Assembly (NCBI RefSeq): GCF_028368995.1
Contig: NZ_JAQNDL010000003.1
Span: 1,088,001-1,152,000, forward strand
Source: Nannocystis bainbridge
Lineage (GTDB): Bacteria; Myxococcota_A; Polyangia; Nannocystales; Nannocystaceae
Length of the DNA: 64,000 nt
Direction of reading: 5' to 3'
The number at the start of each line of letters is the position of its first letter. The first letter of the stretch is position 1. The notes beneath the pieces are model-generated. The model searched no databases. It saw only the letters and a program-made list of their open reading frames with translations, and was not told the DNA's origin. Shown in pieces: positions 49,473-58,926 of this stretch. The translations under genes were made by a program, and so were the position numbers.

Positions 49473-50324
49473 ATGCGTTTCACGAAGAAGATCGTCGCCG
49501 CGGTGGGGCTCCTCGCCCTGTGTGGGTGTAAGCCAGCGCTGGGCCGTGTCGATGCGGTCGGCGACCGCCGACAGAGTATCGTCGGTGGAGAGGCACAACC
49601 TCCTGTCGGACCCTGGTACGTCTCGCTGCAATACCGCGGCATGCACCTCTGCGGCGGTTCTCTCCTGGCCGCCGACATCGTGATCACGGCAGCACACTGC
49701 TTCGAACTTTCGAACAAGGTGAGTGATTATGAGATCTTCGCAGGCCTGTTCGGCGGCCGAAACGTGCCTTCAGCCGTGCAGTCCATCAAGATTCACCCCG
49801 ATTATCTTGACGACAGCAACTCGAACGACCTCGCGCTGATCAGGCTCGCCAACCCCCTTGGCTTCTCCGACTCGATAGCGCCGATTTGCCTGCCGGATGG
49901 CGACGTACCCACGGACGAGTCCGCCGAGGCTCTGTTCTGGGGAGAGAAGCAAGGGACCGGGAACAACCGGCCTCTGCTGCAATTGACCGTCCCCATCGTC
50001 CCGAACTCGGTCGCCAACGATCGCGCACACTACCGCGGCCGTATCGACGACACCATGATGGCCGCCGGGTCGGGTGGAAAGGACGCCTGCCTGCGCGAGG
50101 ATGGCGCGCCGCTCGTGATGAAGCGGAAGGACGCGGAAGACACATGGATGCTCGCGGGCATCTCCAGCTGGGGTGGTGGCTGCGACGACGGCGCATGGAT
50201 GCCGGGGATTTATGCCAGGGTGAGCTCGGGCATCCGATGGATCACGAGCACGGTACAGTCGCTCTCCGCATCGCCCGGTCTACCCACGGACTGCGGCCAC
50301 CAGGCGGTCAAGAAGGGCTCGTAG
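49473..50324 (+). CDS. Trypsin-like (S1) protease homolog lacking the catalytic Ser
   Basis: IVGG, CGGSL, TAAHC and NDLAL are present. The GDSGGPL position reads REDGAPL. Confidence 0.85.
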   Translation: MRFTKKIVAAVGLLALCGCKPALGRVDAVGDRRQSIVGGEAQPPVGPWYVSLQYRGMHLCGGSLLAADIVITAAHCFELSNKVSDYEIFAGLFGGRNVPSAVQSIKIHPDYLDDSNSNDLALIRLANPLGFSDSIAPICLPDGDVPTDESAEALFWGEKQGTGNNRPLLQLTVPIVPNSVANDRAHYRGRIDDTMMAAGSGGKDACLREDGAPLVMKRKDAEDTWMLAGISSWGGGCDDGAWMPGIYARVSSGIRWITSTVQSLSASPGLPTDCGHQAVKKGS

Positions 50325-50691
50325 AGCCCTCACCGACTCTGGGCTCTTGAGGCGCCGTGGTTCGCGGCGTGGTGTGGTACGGTGGCCGCTCGAGCAGTTG
50401 GCCGGCTGTGTGCCGCAAGTCTCGAACTGGCCACGCCGGATCTACGAGCTCGTGACCGAGGGCCTCTGGTATGCGTTCGTCGCGTGCACGCCTGAAGAGC
50501 TGAAGTTGCTCGAGGACGCCGGGCTGACGCCAGAGCGGGTACCCGGTCCGACCTGATTCGGCCCGGGCTGGTCATGACGGCATGGCTGGCCGCGGTGATG
50601 CCCACGGATGAGCCTTCCATCATCGCCGTGCGCGGGCGGCGGAGCCTCCTCGCCGTTTGACCGGCGATGCGCGGCCCGATACGGTCCGCGC

Positions 50692-51450
50692 ATGCGCGCA
50701 TGCCTGCTGACGCTCGTCCTCGCGGCGTGTACGACGCAACCTTCTGTCGACGCCGGGCGAGGGCCGCAGCCGATTCCTCCACCACCCGACGTCGAGCCAT
50801 GGTTCGTCGCCGCCGACGTCGCCCTGGTGAGCCGCCCCGCGAGCGTCGAGGAGCTGCAGCCGTGGATCGCCGTCGATTCGCTGCGACCGACCGATGCGCT
50901 CCCCGGGGTCGTGTTCGCCTCGTACGGCCCGTCGCTGCCGACCGCCACCCGGCCCGCGATCGTGTGGTTCGATCGGGCCAGCGAGGCGCGACCGAACCTG
51001 ATCGACCTCGAGGGTATCGATGACTTCGCGCAGACGGGGTGGATCGTCGTCGAGACATCGCACGATCGCCGGCGGATCTGGCTGGTCGCGGACTCGGCTG
51101 TCGAGGGTCCGTCGTGGACGCTGCCGATCGTCACCAGCGAGGACGGCGGGCGCAGCTGGAGGCTCCGCGGCCACCTGCGCAAGCCGTATTACATGGCCGG
51201 CGTCGAGGGGTTGCAGATGGACGCTGCCGGCCGCGGCGCGCTGGTCATGCGCTGGGACGACGACCCGGCGGCGCCGATCAGCGGCACCGCCCCCGGGCGC
51301 TACACCTACCGCACGAGCGACTTCGGCGCGACGTGGTCGAGCCCCGAGTTCACGCCCGACGACCTCGCCGGGCGCTTCGCCTTCGACGGCGACGACGTCC
51401 CGCCGGGCACGACGGTCCCGGCCTGGTTCGCGCGCCAGCGCGGTCGCTGA
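50692..51450 (+). CDS. Hypothetical lipoprotein with BNR/Asp-box motifs
   Basis: LAAC lipobox, SEDGGRSW and TSDFGATW. Confidence 0.8.
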   Translation: MRACLLTLVLAACTTQPSVDAGRGPQPIPPPPDVEPWFVAADVALVSRPASVEELQPWIAVDSLRPTDALPGVVFASYGPSLPTATRPAIVWFDRASEARPNLIDLEGIDDFAQTGWIVVETSHDRRRIWLVADSAVEGPSWTLPIVTSEDGGRSWRLRGHLRKPYYMAGVEGLQMDAAGRGALVMRWDDDPAAPISGTAPGRYTYRTSDFGATWSSPEFTPDDLAGRFAFDGDDVPPGTTVPAWFARQRGR

Positions 51451-51577
51451 TGCGAGCCGCCTGGCGCGACCACCAGGCAGCCACCCGGACAGGTCGACGG
51501 CTGGCGTTTTGCCCTCGCACGCGCTCGACGCCAGGCGGGATGACTCCCGAGGTGCGCGCATGCTCGCGCCTGTGGGT

Positions 51578-52357
51578 TCACATGACTTTTGGGACAGGTC
51601 GACGCGGCCTCCGCCTGCGAGCCCCGACGATCACGAGCAGCGCGAAGACCCCCTGCGGCCCCTCCGCGACGCCGCAGCCGGCACAACCGGCCTTGTCGCC
51701 GCCGCCTCCGCCGCCCGTGTTGCTGCCCGTGCCGCTGGCCGTGGAGCTGCTCGTGCTGCCGCCCGTGGTCCCCGGCTGGCCACCGGTCGTCGGGGTCGCC
51801 TCGGTGCTGCCGTTGCTCGTGCTGCTGCTCGTGCTGCTGGTGCTTTCGCTGCTCGTGCCACTGCTCGTGCTGGTCGTGCTCCCCGTGGTCGTGCTCGTGC
51901 TCGTCGTGCTCCCGCTGGTCGTGCTCCCGCTGCTCGTGCTCCCGCTGTCCGAGCTTCCGCTGCTCGTCCCGCTGCTCGTGCTCCCGGTGTCGCTCCCACC
52001 GGACGCCGTCTCACCGGCCGGCAGGCACAGGTCGATGGTCTGGCAGGTCTCGCCGACGCCACCGCAGGTATCCCTGGGCGAGCAAGCGCCGCCGTGCACG
52101 GGTGATGGTTCGGGAAAACAATTGACGATCCCAATGCATGCCTTTGCCGGCTGGCAGGTCGTGCCGTCGGGGCACTCGTCGTCGCTCGTGCAGGCCAGCG
52201 CGAAGCAATGCGCACCGCAATGGCCGGCGCCCCCCTCGCTGCCGGGCGGGCAGTCGTCCGGCGGCCGGGGAATGACATCGGCGCGCGCGGAGCAGGCGAA
52301 CAGCGCGAATGCGGCCGAGAGGGGCCAGACGAGGCGCAAAGGGCGATACGGTTCCAA
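51578..52357 (-). CDS. MYXO-CTERM-type surface protein, Cys-rich with Ser/Thr stalk
   Basis: Signal peptide ending ARA, and C-terminal GCAGC, hydrophobic stretch and RRRR. Start uncertain. Confidence 0.8.
   Translation of the reverse strand: MEPYRPLRLVWPLSAAFALFACSARADVIPRPPDDCPPGSEGGAGHCGAHCFALACTSDDECPDGTTCQPAKACIGIVNCFPEPSPVHGGACSPRDTCGGVGETCQTIDLCLPAGETASGGSDTGSTSSGTSSGSSDSGSTSSGSTTSGSTTSTSTTTGSTTSTSSGTSSESTSSTSSSTSNGSTEATPTTGGQPGTTGGSTSSSTASGTGSNTGGGGGGDKAGCAGCGVAEGPQGVFALLVIVGARRRRPRRPVPKVM
51581..51598. repeat. CATG-N10-CATG family site overlapping a gene end
   Basis: CATGACTTTTGGGACAGG. Confidence 0.6.
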
Positions 52358-52396
52358 GGGTCTACCTCGTCGTCACGGTATCATCCGCCGATTGCG

Positions 52397-52700
52397 ATGG
52401 ACAGCCGCCACCTCGTCGCGCTGCTGCGCGTGGCCAGTCCCGGCGCGGTCCTGTCCGGCGGGAACCGTCGCCCACGCCGAGCGCGCACGCTCGTGGGTCG
52501 CCGCGGTCCGCGTCGAACCCGCGATCGCTGGCGCGAGCCCGACGATCCGCTTCGGCGGCCAACCGCGCGGCACGATGCGCCCGGACGGCGTCGTCGTGCC
52601 GGCGGACTCGCTCGACGCCGTCGCCCGACTGGCGCACCCGTGGATGCACGTCGCCGACGGGCTGCACCAATTCCCCGACGACCGCCGACGCCGCGCAGCA
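52397..52700 (+). pseudogene. Frameshifted gene remnant of unknown family
   Basis: GC3-rich codons MDSRHLVALLRVASPGAVLSGG continue after a frameshift near 52462 as TVAHAERARSWVAAVRVEP... Confidence 0.45.
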
Positions 52701-52711
52701 GGTCGATGCTG

Positions 52712-53797
52712 TCACATGATCCCGCCCTCGACCTTGACGCCGAACGTCGCCGTCTTGACCCCCGGCGAGGTCAACGTGGAGCCGCAGAACGGCATCTCCT
52801 GCAGGCACGGGGCCTGGAGGAGCATTTGGTTGAGCTGGACCCCGTCCTGGCCGCGGAAGGCCGTACCGCGGCAGATCATCCCGGTATGATCATAGTCGCC
52901 CTCGCGCACGGTCAGCGACCCGCTGCTCCACGAGTTGATGCCGAGGCTGTCCTGGATGTTGATCAGCCGGCCGGGGGAGGTATATGCGTGGCCGGTCCCG
53001 CAAATGTCGCCGGTGGTCATCTTGAGCGCCCCCGTGTAGCGATTGGAGGTCGCCAGGTCGGTCGGATGATAGCCGAAGCCGAGCACGATCTTGCCGTCCG
53101 CGCCGGTCTCGCAGGCGATGATGGCGCCGTTGGTCGCGGCGTCGATCGTCAGCAGCTCCGCGTCGAGCTGCACGCCGGGCAAGAACACCGAACGGGCCGA
53201 GTTTTCGCCGGCCGAGTTGGCGTAGCACAGCGGGCGCGACTCGTCGGGGAGCTGCGGGGTCCCGTTCGGGGCGTTGGTGGTCAAGGTATAGACGTGCGCC
53301 GTCTTGTTGTGGATCGTCCTCGTCTCGTAAGCGTGCACCCGCACCCAGTAGGTGTCGGTCTCCATCCCGTCCCCCAGCTGGAAGTACAGCTTGCTGCCCA
53401 CGACCTGCGCGCCGGTCTGCGGGAACAGGACGCAGCCATTGCCGAAGCAGACCTGGTAGTGGAGGCGCAGCTCGCCGTCGGCGGTCACGTCGACCAGGCC
53501 CGCGGTATGGTACCCGTTCTGGAACCACCCCTGCGCGCTGGTCAGCGTCGCGGTGCTCGCGTCGCCGTCGAGCGAATTGGCGGCCGGTACGCCGAAGCCG
53601 GTGTTGATGTTGGCGAGCGACCACTCGCCGGCGTAGCTGGTGTTGCCCCAATCGCCGCCCGTGCAGGCCGGCGGACAGGTGCGGAACTCGATCTCGTCGC
53701 CGTCGTCGCCGATGGCCAGAGCGTCTTCGTCGCACGCGGCGAGGGTGAACAGGAAGGGGCAAGCGATGGTGAATCGACGAATGAAAGCGCGAGACAT
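52712..53797 (-). CDS. ADYC-domain-like lipoprotein
   Basis: LAAC lipobox, and ACETGADGK...GYHP...KMTTGDICGTGHAYTSPG resembling the ADYC signature. Confidence 0.75.
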   Translation of the reverse strand: MSRAFIRRFTIACPFLFTLAACDEDALAIGDDGDEIEFRTCPPACTGGDWGNTSYAGEWSLANINTGFGVPAANSLDGDASTATLTSAQGWFQNGYHTAGLVDVTADGELRLHYQVCFGNGCVLFPQTGAQVVGSKLYFQLGDGMETDTYWVRVHAYETRTIHNKTAHVYTLTTNAPNGTPQLPDESRPLCYANSAGENSARSVFLPGVQLDAELLTIDAATNGAIIACETGADGKIVLGFGYHPTDLATSNRYTGALKMTTGDICGTGHAYTSPGRLINIQDSLGINSWSSGSLTVREGDYDHTGMICRGTAFRGQDGVQLNQMLLQAPCLQEMPFCGSTLTSPGVKTATFGVKVEGGIM

Positions 53798-54003
53798 AGG
53801 ATGTACTTCGGCCGCAGAGTGACCGCTCACTCCTTCGAGTGACCGGTGCCCGCGGTTCAATTGCCGGCGCTCAAAAAAATCCGCAATTGCGCCCGCGGCG
53901 GGCGCGAGCGGCGAAAAACGAGGCGGCGCGCGCGAAAACCGCGGCCACGGACGACGAGCATCGACCGCGCGGCATCGAGTAGAATCTCGCGGCTCTCCCC
54001 GCT

Positions 54004-57000
54004 GTGTCCACGGCCGACGACCCCCAGTACGACGCGAGCGGCGCGACGCTGCTCGCCAGCGTGTCGGCCCACGCCTCGACCGAATCCGGCGCGCACGCGG
54101 AGGCGTTGCGCCGCCCGCCGGTCGATGAGGACGCCTACTCCAAGCAGCTCGCCAAGCAGCGGCTGTTCCCGAAGCGGGTCGGTCCGGTCAAGATCGGTCG
54201 GTTCGCGGTGCTCGAGCGGCTCGGCAGCGGAGCGATGGGGATCGTCTATGCGTGTTACGACGACCACCTCGATCGCAAGGTCGCGCTCAAGGTCCTGCGC
54301 AACGACACGGGGCGCGACCCGGGCCTCGCCCGCGTCCGCCTGCTGCGCGAGGCCCAGGCGATGGCCCGCCTCGCGCACCCCAACATCGTCACCGTGTTCG
54401 AGGTCGGCGTCCTCGAAGACGAGGTGTTCGTGGCGATGGAGTTCCTCCGCGGCGTCAGCCTCGACGTCTGGACCGAACAGGTCGAGCGGCCGTGGCAGGA
54501 GGTGCTCGCGGCGTACCTGCAGGCCGGGCGGGGGCTGGCGGCAGCGCACCGCGCGGGGATCATCCACCGCGACTTCAAGCCGCAGAACGTGCTCGTCACC
54601 GCCGACGACGTGGTCAAGGTGCTCGACTTCGGGCTCGCGCGCGCGACCGACGGCCTCACGCACGACGAGGCGCTGCAGAGCCTGAGCTCGGGCACCCACG
54701 ACTCCGGCCGGCACCTGATCCAGCCCTTGACGCGCACCGGCGTGGTCATGGGGACGCCGGCGTATATGTCGCCGGAGCAGCACCTGGCCTTGCCGACCAC
54801 CGGGGCGACCGATCAGTTCAGCTTCTGCGTATCGCTGTATCAGGGCCTTTATGGCCAGTTGCCGTTCCCCGACGAGTCGATGCAGACGCTGCGCCGTGCC
54901 GTGCTGCACGGCGCGATCATCGAGCCGCCGCCGGGGACCCCGGTGCCGGCGCACGTGCTCGGGGCGCTCCGGCGCGGGCTGGCGGTCGCGCCGGCCGAGC
55001 GGTTCGCCACGATGGAGCTGCTGCTCGCCGAGCTGGGGCGCGTCGTCGGCGGGCGCCGGCGCCGGATCGCCGCCGCCGCGGGGGTCGCCTCGCTGGTCGC
55101 CGCCGCGAGCTTCACGACGTCGGCGCTGCTCGCCCCGCCGGCGCTGCCGACCTGTCCCGACGCGCAGGTCGAGCTCGCGGGGATCTGGGACCCCGCGCGC
55201 GCCGAGACGGTCCGCGCCGTCGTGCTCGCGGTCGCCACCCCTTATGCGGCCGAGGCGTGGGCGACCGTCGCGCCGCAGCTCGACGCGTGGGCGACGGCGT
55301 GGGCGGCGATGCGCGAGGAGTCGTGCCACACGCACGCCAGCGGCCGGCAGTCGGACGTCCTGTTCGACCTGCGCATGGCCTGCCTCGACCAGCGGCGGGC
55401 CGGGTTCTCCGGGGTCGTCGAAGCGCTGGCGTCGACCGACGCGGCCGACCTGCCCGCCGCGGTGCAGAGCGTCGCCAGGCTGCCGGCCCTCGACCGCTGC
55501 GCCGACGCTCCGGCGCTCACCGCCGCGATCCCTCCGCCGGACGACCCGCACACGCGCGCGCGCGTGCAAGGGCTACGCGAGACGCTGGCGCGCGCCGAGG
55601 CGCAGGAGACCGCCGGCCGCTACGCGCAAGGGCTCGAGCTGACCCGCGCGACGCTGGCGGACGCCGAGGCGCTCGGCTACCCGCCGCTGGTCTCCGAGGC
55701 GCTGCTGCGCCTCGGCAGCCTCGAGATGGAGGCCGGCGAGCTCGCGCCGGCCGACGCCGCCCTCGACCGCGCGCTGTGGACCGCCCTGGAGTTCGACCAC
55801 GCGCCGGTGGCCGCGCAGGCGAGCTCGAAGCGAGTGTTCCTGCGCGCGGCCCGGATGGGCCAGCCCACCGCGGCGCAGGGCGAGCTGTCGCTGGTGCGCG
55901 CGCTCAACGCCCGCGTCGCCGACGACGTCGAGCTGTACGGCGAGTTCCTCAACAACATCGGGGTCGTGCACGCCGTGGCAGGGGCCTCGGAGGACGCGCA
56001 GAAGGCGTTCCAGGCGGCGCTCGACCTGCGCGAGCGCCACGGCCGGGAGCGCACGCTCAAGCACGTCGAGACGCTCTACAACCTCGGCAGGCTCGCCGAG
56101 GACGGCGGCAGGCACAGCGCGACGGTGCCGCTGCTGCGCCGCGCGAGCGCGCTGTCGCGGGCGCTGCTCGGGGAGCGGCACCCGGTGCACCTGCGCCACG
56201 CGCTCGGGCTGGTCCGTGGCTTGCTCGCGGTCGGCCGACCGGCGGAGGCGCGGGCGCTGCTCGACGCGCTCACGCCGGGCCTGGCGGGCGTGAGCGGGCA
56301 GGCGCGGGCCCTCGCGCACCGGCTGCAGGGCGACCTGGCGCTCGCCGAGCGCGACCTCGCACGGGCCCGGGCGAGCTACGAGGCGGCGCTGCAGGCCTGC
56401 CCGGAGCATTCGGACTGCGCCGACCAGGTGCTGGCCGGCCTCGGCCAGGCGCTCGCGCTGGCGGGTGACGAGGCGGCGGTGCGCAGCTACTACGGCGCGG
56501 CGCTGGCGGCGATCGAGCAGGCGTCCGGGGCCGATTCGCCCCGGTTCACGGTGGCGCGGGTGCACTTCGGGAGCGCGCTCGGCGAGCTCGGACAGCTCGC
56601 CGAGGCGAGCGCACACATCTCCCCGGCGGTCGCCGGCTGCGACGGCGCCGAGGGGTTCCGCGAGGTGGTCCTGTGCGCGTGGGCGCAGCGCTCGCTCGGC
56701 GCGGTGCAGCGACGGGCCGGCGCGCTCCCGGCCGCCGAGGCGTCGCTCCGTGCGGCGCTGGCCGGCTACGCAGCGATGGTCCCGGCGGACAGCTTCGAGC
56801 TCGCCGACGTCGAGCGCCGACTCGGCGAACTCGCGCTCGCGCAGGACCGCCCGGGTGACGCTATCGCGCCGCTGCGCCGCGCCGAATCGATCTACGCCGC
56901 GCTCGCCGAGCCTGCTCACGGCCCGCTCGCGCAGACCCGCCTCGCCCTCGCGGCCGCCCTCACTGGCGACGAGGCCCGTGGGTTCGCCGAGCAGGCGCTC

Positions 57001-57081
57001 GCGGCGTTCGTCGCCAGCGGCCCCATGTTCGCGGCGGAGCAGGCGGAGGCCCGCGCTCGCGTGGAAGCGCTGCCGCGATGA
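54004..57081 (+). CDS. Ser/Thr protein kinase with TM segment and TPR repeats
   Basis: LGSGAMG, VALK, HRDFKPQN, DFGLA and GTPAYMSPEQ, followed by TPR helices. Confidence 0.95.
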   Translation: MSTADDPQYDASGATLLASVSAHASTESGAHAEALRRPPVDEDAYSKQLAKQRLFPKRVGPVKIGRFAVLERLGSGAMGIVYACYDDHLDRKVALKVLRNDTGRDPGLARVRLLREAQAMARLAHPNIVTVFEVGVLEDEVFVAMEFLRGVSLDVWTEQVERPWQEVLAAYLQAGRGLAAAHRAGIIHRDFKPQNVLVTADDVVKVLDFGLARATDGLTHDEALQSLSSGTHDSGRHLIQPLTRTGVVMGTPAYMSPEQHLALPTTGATDQFSFCVSLYQGLYGQLPFPDESMQTLRRAVLHGAIIEPPPGTPVPAHVLGALRRGLAVAPAERFATMELLLAELGRVVGGRRRRIAAAAGVASLVAAASFTTSALLAPPALPTCPDAQVELAGIWDPARAETVRAVVLAVATPYAAEAWATVAPQLDAWATAWAAMREESCHTHASGRQSDVLFDLRMACLDQRRAGFSGVVEALASTDAADLPAAVQSVARLPALDRCADAPALTAAIPPPDDPHTRARVQGLRETLARAEAQETAGRYAQGLELTRATLADAEALGYPPLVSEALLRLGSLEMEAGELAPADAALDRALWTALEFDHAPVAAQASSKRVFLRAARMGQPTAAQGELSLVRALNARVADDVELYGEFLNNIGVVHAVAGASEDAQKAFQAALDLRERHGRERTLKHVETLYNLGRLAEDGGRHSATVPLLRRASALSRALLGERHPVHLRHALGLVRGLLAVGRPAEARALLDALTPGLAGVSGQARALAHRLQGDLALAERDLARARASYEAALQACPEHSDCADQVLAGLGQALALAGDEAAVRSYYGAALAAIEQASGADSPRFTVARVHFGSALGELGQLAEASAHISPAVAGCDGAEGFREVVLCAWAQRSLGAVQRRAGALPAAEASLRAALAGYAAMVPADSFELADVERRLGELALAQDRPGDAIAPLRRAESIYAALAEPAHGPLAQTRLALAAALTGDEARGFAEQALAAFVASGPMFAAEQAEARARVEALPR

Positions 57082-57154
57082 GCATGCGCCCGATGCGGAC
57101 GGCGCCGAAGCCGGTCCGGTGAGGCGCGCGCGGCAGTGGCCTACGCTCGCCGGG

Positions 57155-58735
57155 ATGAGACCGCGGCCCGCGAGACTGCTGGTGATGCTCCTCGGCCTGC
57201 TGGTGATCGTGGGCTGCGGCGGGATGCGACCGTCGCCCCTCACGCTGCGGCACGCGCTGCGGGTCCTCGATCGCAAGCTCGAGCCGGCCACGATCACGGC
57301 GATCCGCAGCGGCGACCTCGAGCCGACAGACATGCACTTCGGCCTCGGCTCCGCGCTGCGAGGCACCTGGGGCCTGTGGAGTGGAAAGTCGGCGCTGGCG
57401 CGGTGGTTCCGGGTCCGCAAGATCTACCACCCGGAGGACATGTCCGGGGTCGTGCTCGAGGCGTACGCACGCCACGTCCGCGGCGAGCCGCTCGCCGTGC
57501 CCGCGCTGCTGAAGCGTGTCAGGGAGGGCGAGCGCGAGCAGGAGGCGCTCTATGCAACGGAGCTCGCGGAAGGGCCTCGGCGGGCGGCGCGGCTCGAAAA
57601 GCTTCGCGCCGGCTGGGTCTACGAGGACCACGAAGTGCAGACGATCGCGCTGCCGCGACACCAGGTCGATACGCTGCTCGTGAAGATCGAGCGTGTCGGT
57701 CCCGGCTTCGTGCTGTTCACCGGCGGCGGCGAGCGCGAGGGCCAGTGGTACGCCGACGCGTACCAGCTCACCGATCCCGCGACGTCGCTGCGTCCGGCCG
57801 CGCGGGCGAGCTGTCCGCAGGTCCACGACGTCGTGACGCTGGCAGGACGCACGACGTGGCTGTGTCGGTCCGCGGACGCGTGGAGCCTCCTGGCCGACTC
57901 CGATGATTCGTCGAAGTCGATCCCGATCGACGCCGACGCGTTACGACTCGGCACGAGCGCGGGCGAGCTGTTCCTGTTCGATCGACATTCGCTATATTTC
58001 CGCGCGGGCGACGGATGGCGGCCCGTGCATGTCTTCGGCCCCGGGGCCGCAGGCGTGCGTACCACGACCTTCGGTCACGAGAAGGCTCTGACGGCGCTGC
58101 CGTTCGGCGGGGACACGCCGCGCGGCCTCGGAAGTCGCTTGTACTTTCCGAGCGTCGCGGCCTCGGATGCGCACGTGCTCGACCTCTCGGATCCGCCGGA
58201 GCTCCACTCCTTCTACTGGACGTGGGGCCGGGAGCAATTCGGATCGCAGGCTCTCTACGTCCACGATCTCGCGCCCGCTGTCGCTGGCGGCCTGTGGATC
58301 GCCATGAGCGACTACGAGGATCTCGAGAACCTCGTCAGGCTTCACGAGCCGGCCACGGCCCAGGTGCCGATCGTCAAGAGCAGCGTCGACGGCCCGCTGG
58401 TCGCAGACCACGGCAACGTGAATGCTCCCGAGCGGTCCGAGTCGACGCGGGCGCGGCTGATCCCCGCGACGGCCGTGTTCGACGACGGCGAGGCGCTCTG
58501 GCTCGCCGGGATGCATGGCATCGCCGTGGTGCGCCAGGGGCGGCTCGCGCCGGTGGTGCGATTCGTGGTGCCCGACCCGAGGGTGTACGAATCCGTGCCG
58601 CACCGGCTGGCGCGTTTCCCCGACGGCTCACTGCTCGTGGGGCTACGCGGATACGCGCCCGTACTGCTGCGGCCCGACGGCGACGGAGGCTTCACGGCGC
58701 GGGCGCTGGCGTACGGCGACGACTCACTGCAATGA
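57155..58735 (+). CDS. Lipoprotein with N-terminal DUF6794-like domain
   Basis: IVGC lipobox and HFGLG..LRGTWGLW...HPEDMSGVVL. Confidence 0.7.
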   Translation: MRPRPARLLVMLLGLLVIVGCGGMRPSPLTLRHALRVLDRKLEPATITAIRSGDLEPTDMHFGLGSALRGTWGLWSGKSALARWFRVRKIYHPEDMSGVVLEAYARHVRGEPLAVPALLKRVREGEREQEALYATELAEGPRRAARLEKLRAGWVYEDHEVQTIALPRHQVDTLLVKIERVGPGFVLFTGGGEREGQWYADAYQLTDPATSLRPAARASCPQVHDVVTLAGRTTWLCRSADAWSLLADSDDSSKSIPIDADALRLGTSAGELFLFDRHSLYFRAGDGWRPVHVFGPGAAGVRTTTFGHEKALTALPFGGDTPRGLGSRLYFPSVAASDAHVLDLSDPPELHSFYWTWGREQFGSQALYVHDLAPAVAGGLWIAMSDYEDLENLVRLHEPATAQVPIVKSSVDGPLVADHGNVNAPERSESTRARLIPATAVFDDGEALWLAGMHGIAVVRQGRLAPVVRFVVPDPRVYESVPHRLARFPDGSLLVGLRGYAPVLLRPDGDGGFTARALAYGDDSLQ

Positions 58736-58926
58736 TTCGAGCGGCCGCAGGACGGCCGGTGCTCCGTGCGTCGTGACCGTCGCGTCACGGCGACGCCGCG
58801 ACCACGTAAAGCCGGCTCCACGGAGAAAGAGCCGCGGCCGCGCCGATCCCAACGAGAGATTCTCTTCGCCCGAGCGGCTCGAACCGGGCTCGGTTATCAT
58901 GCCCTCTCGCCCCCACGACCCTCGAC

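Noticed and set aside
50347-50556. 69-aa ORF with a protein-like C-terminus
   Set aside because: No convincing start or RBS, probably a fragment.
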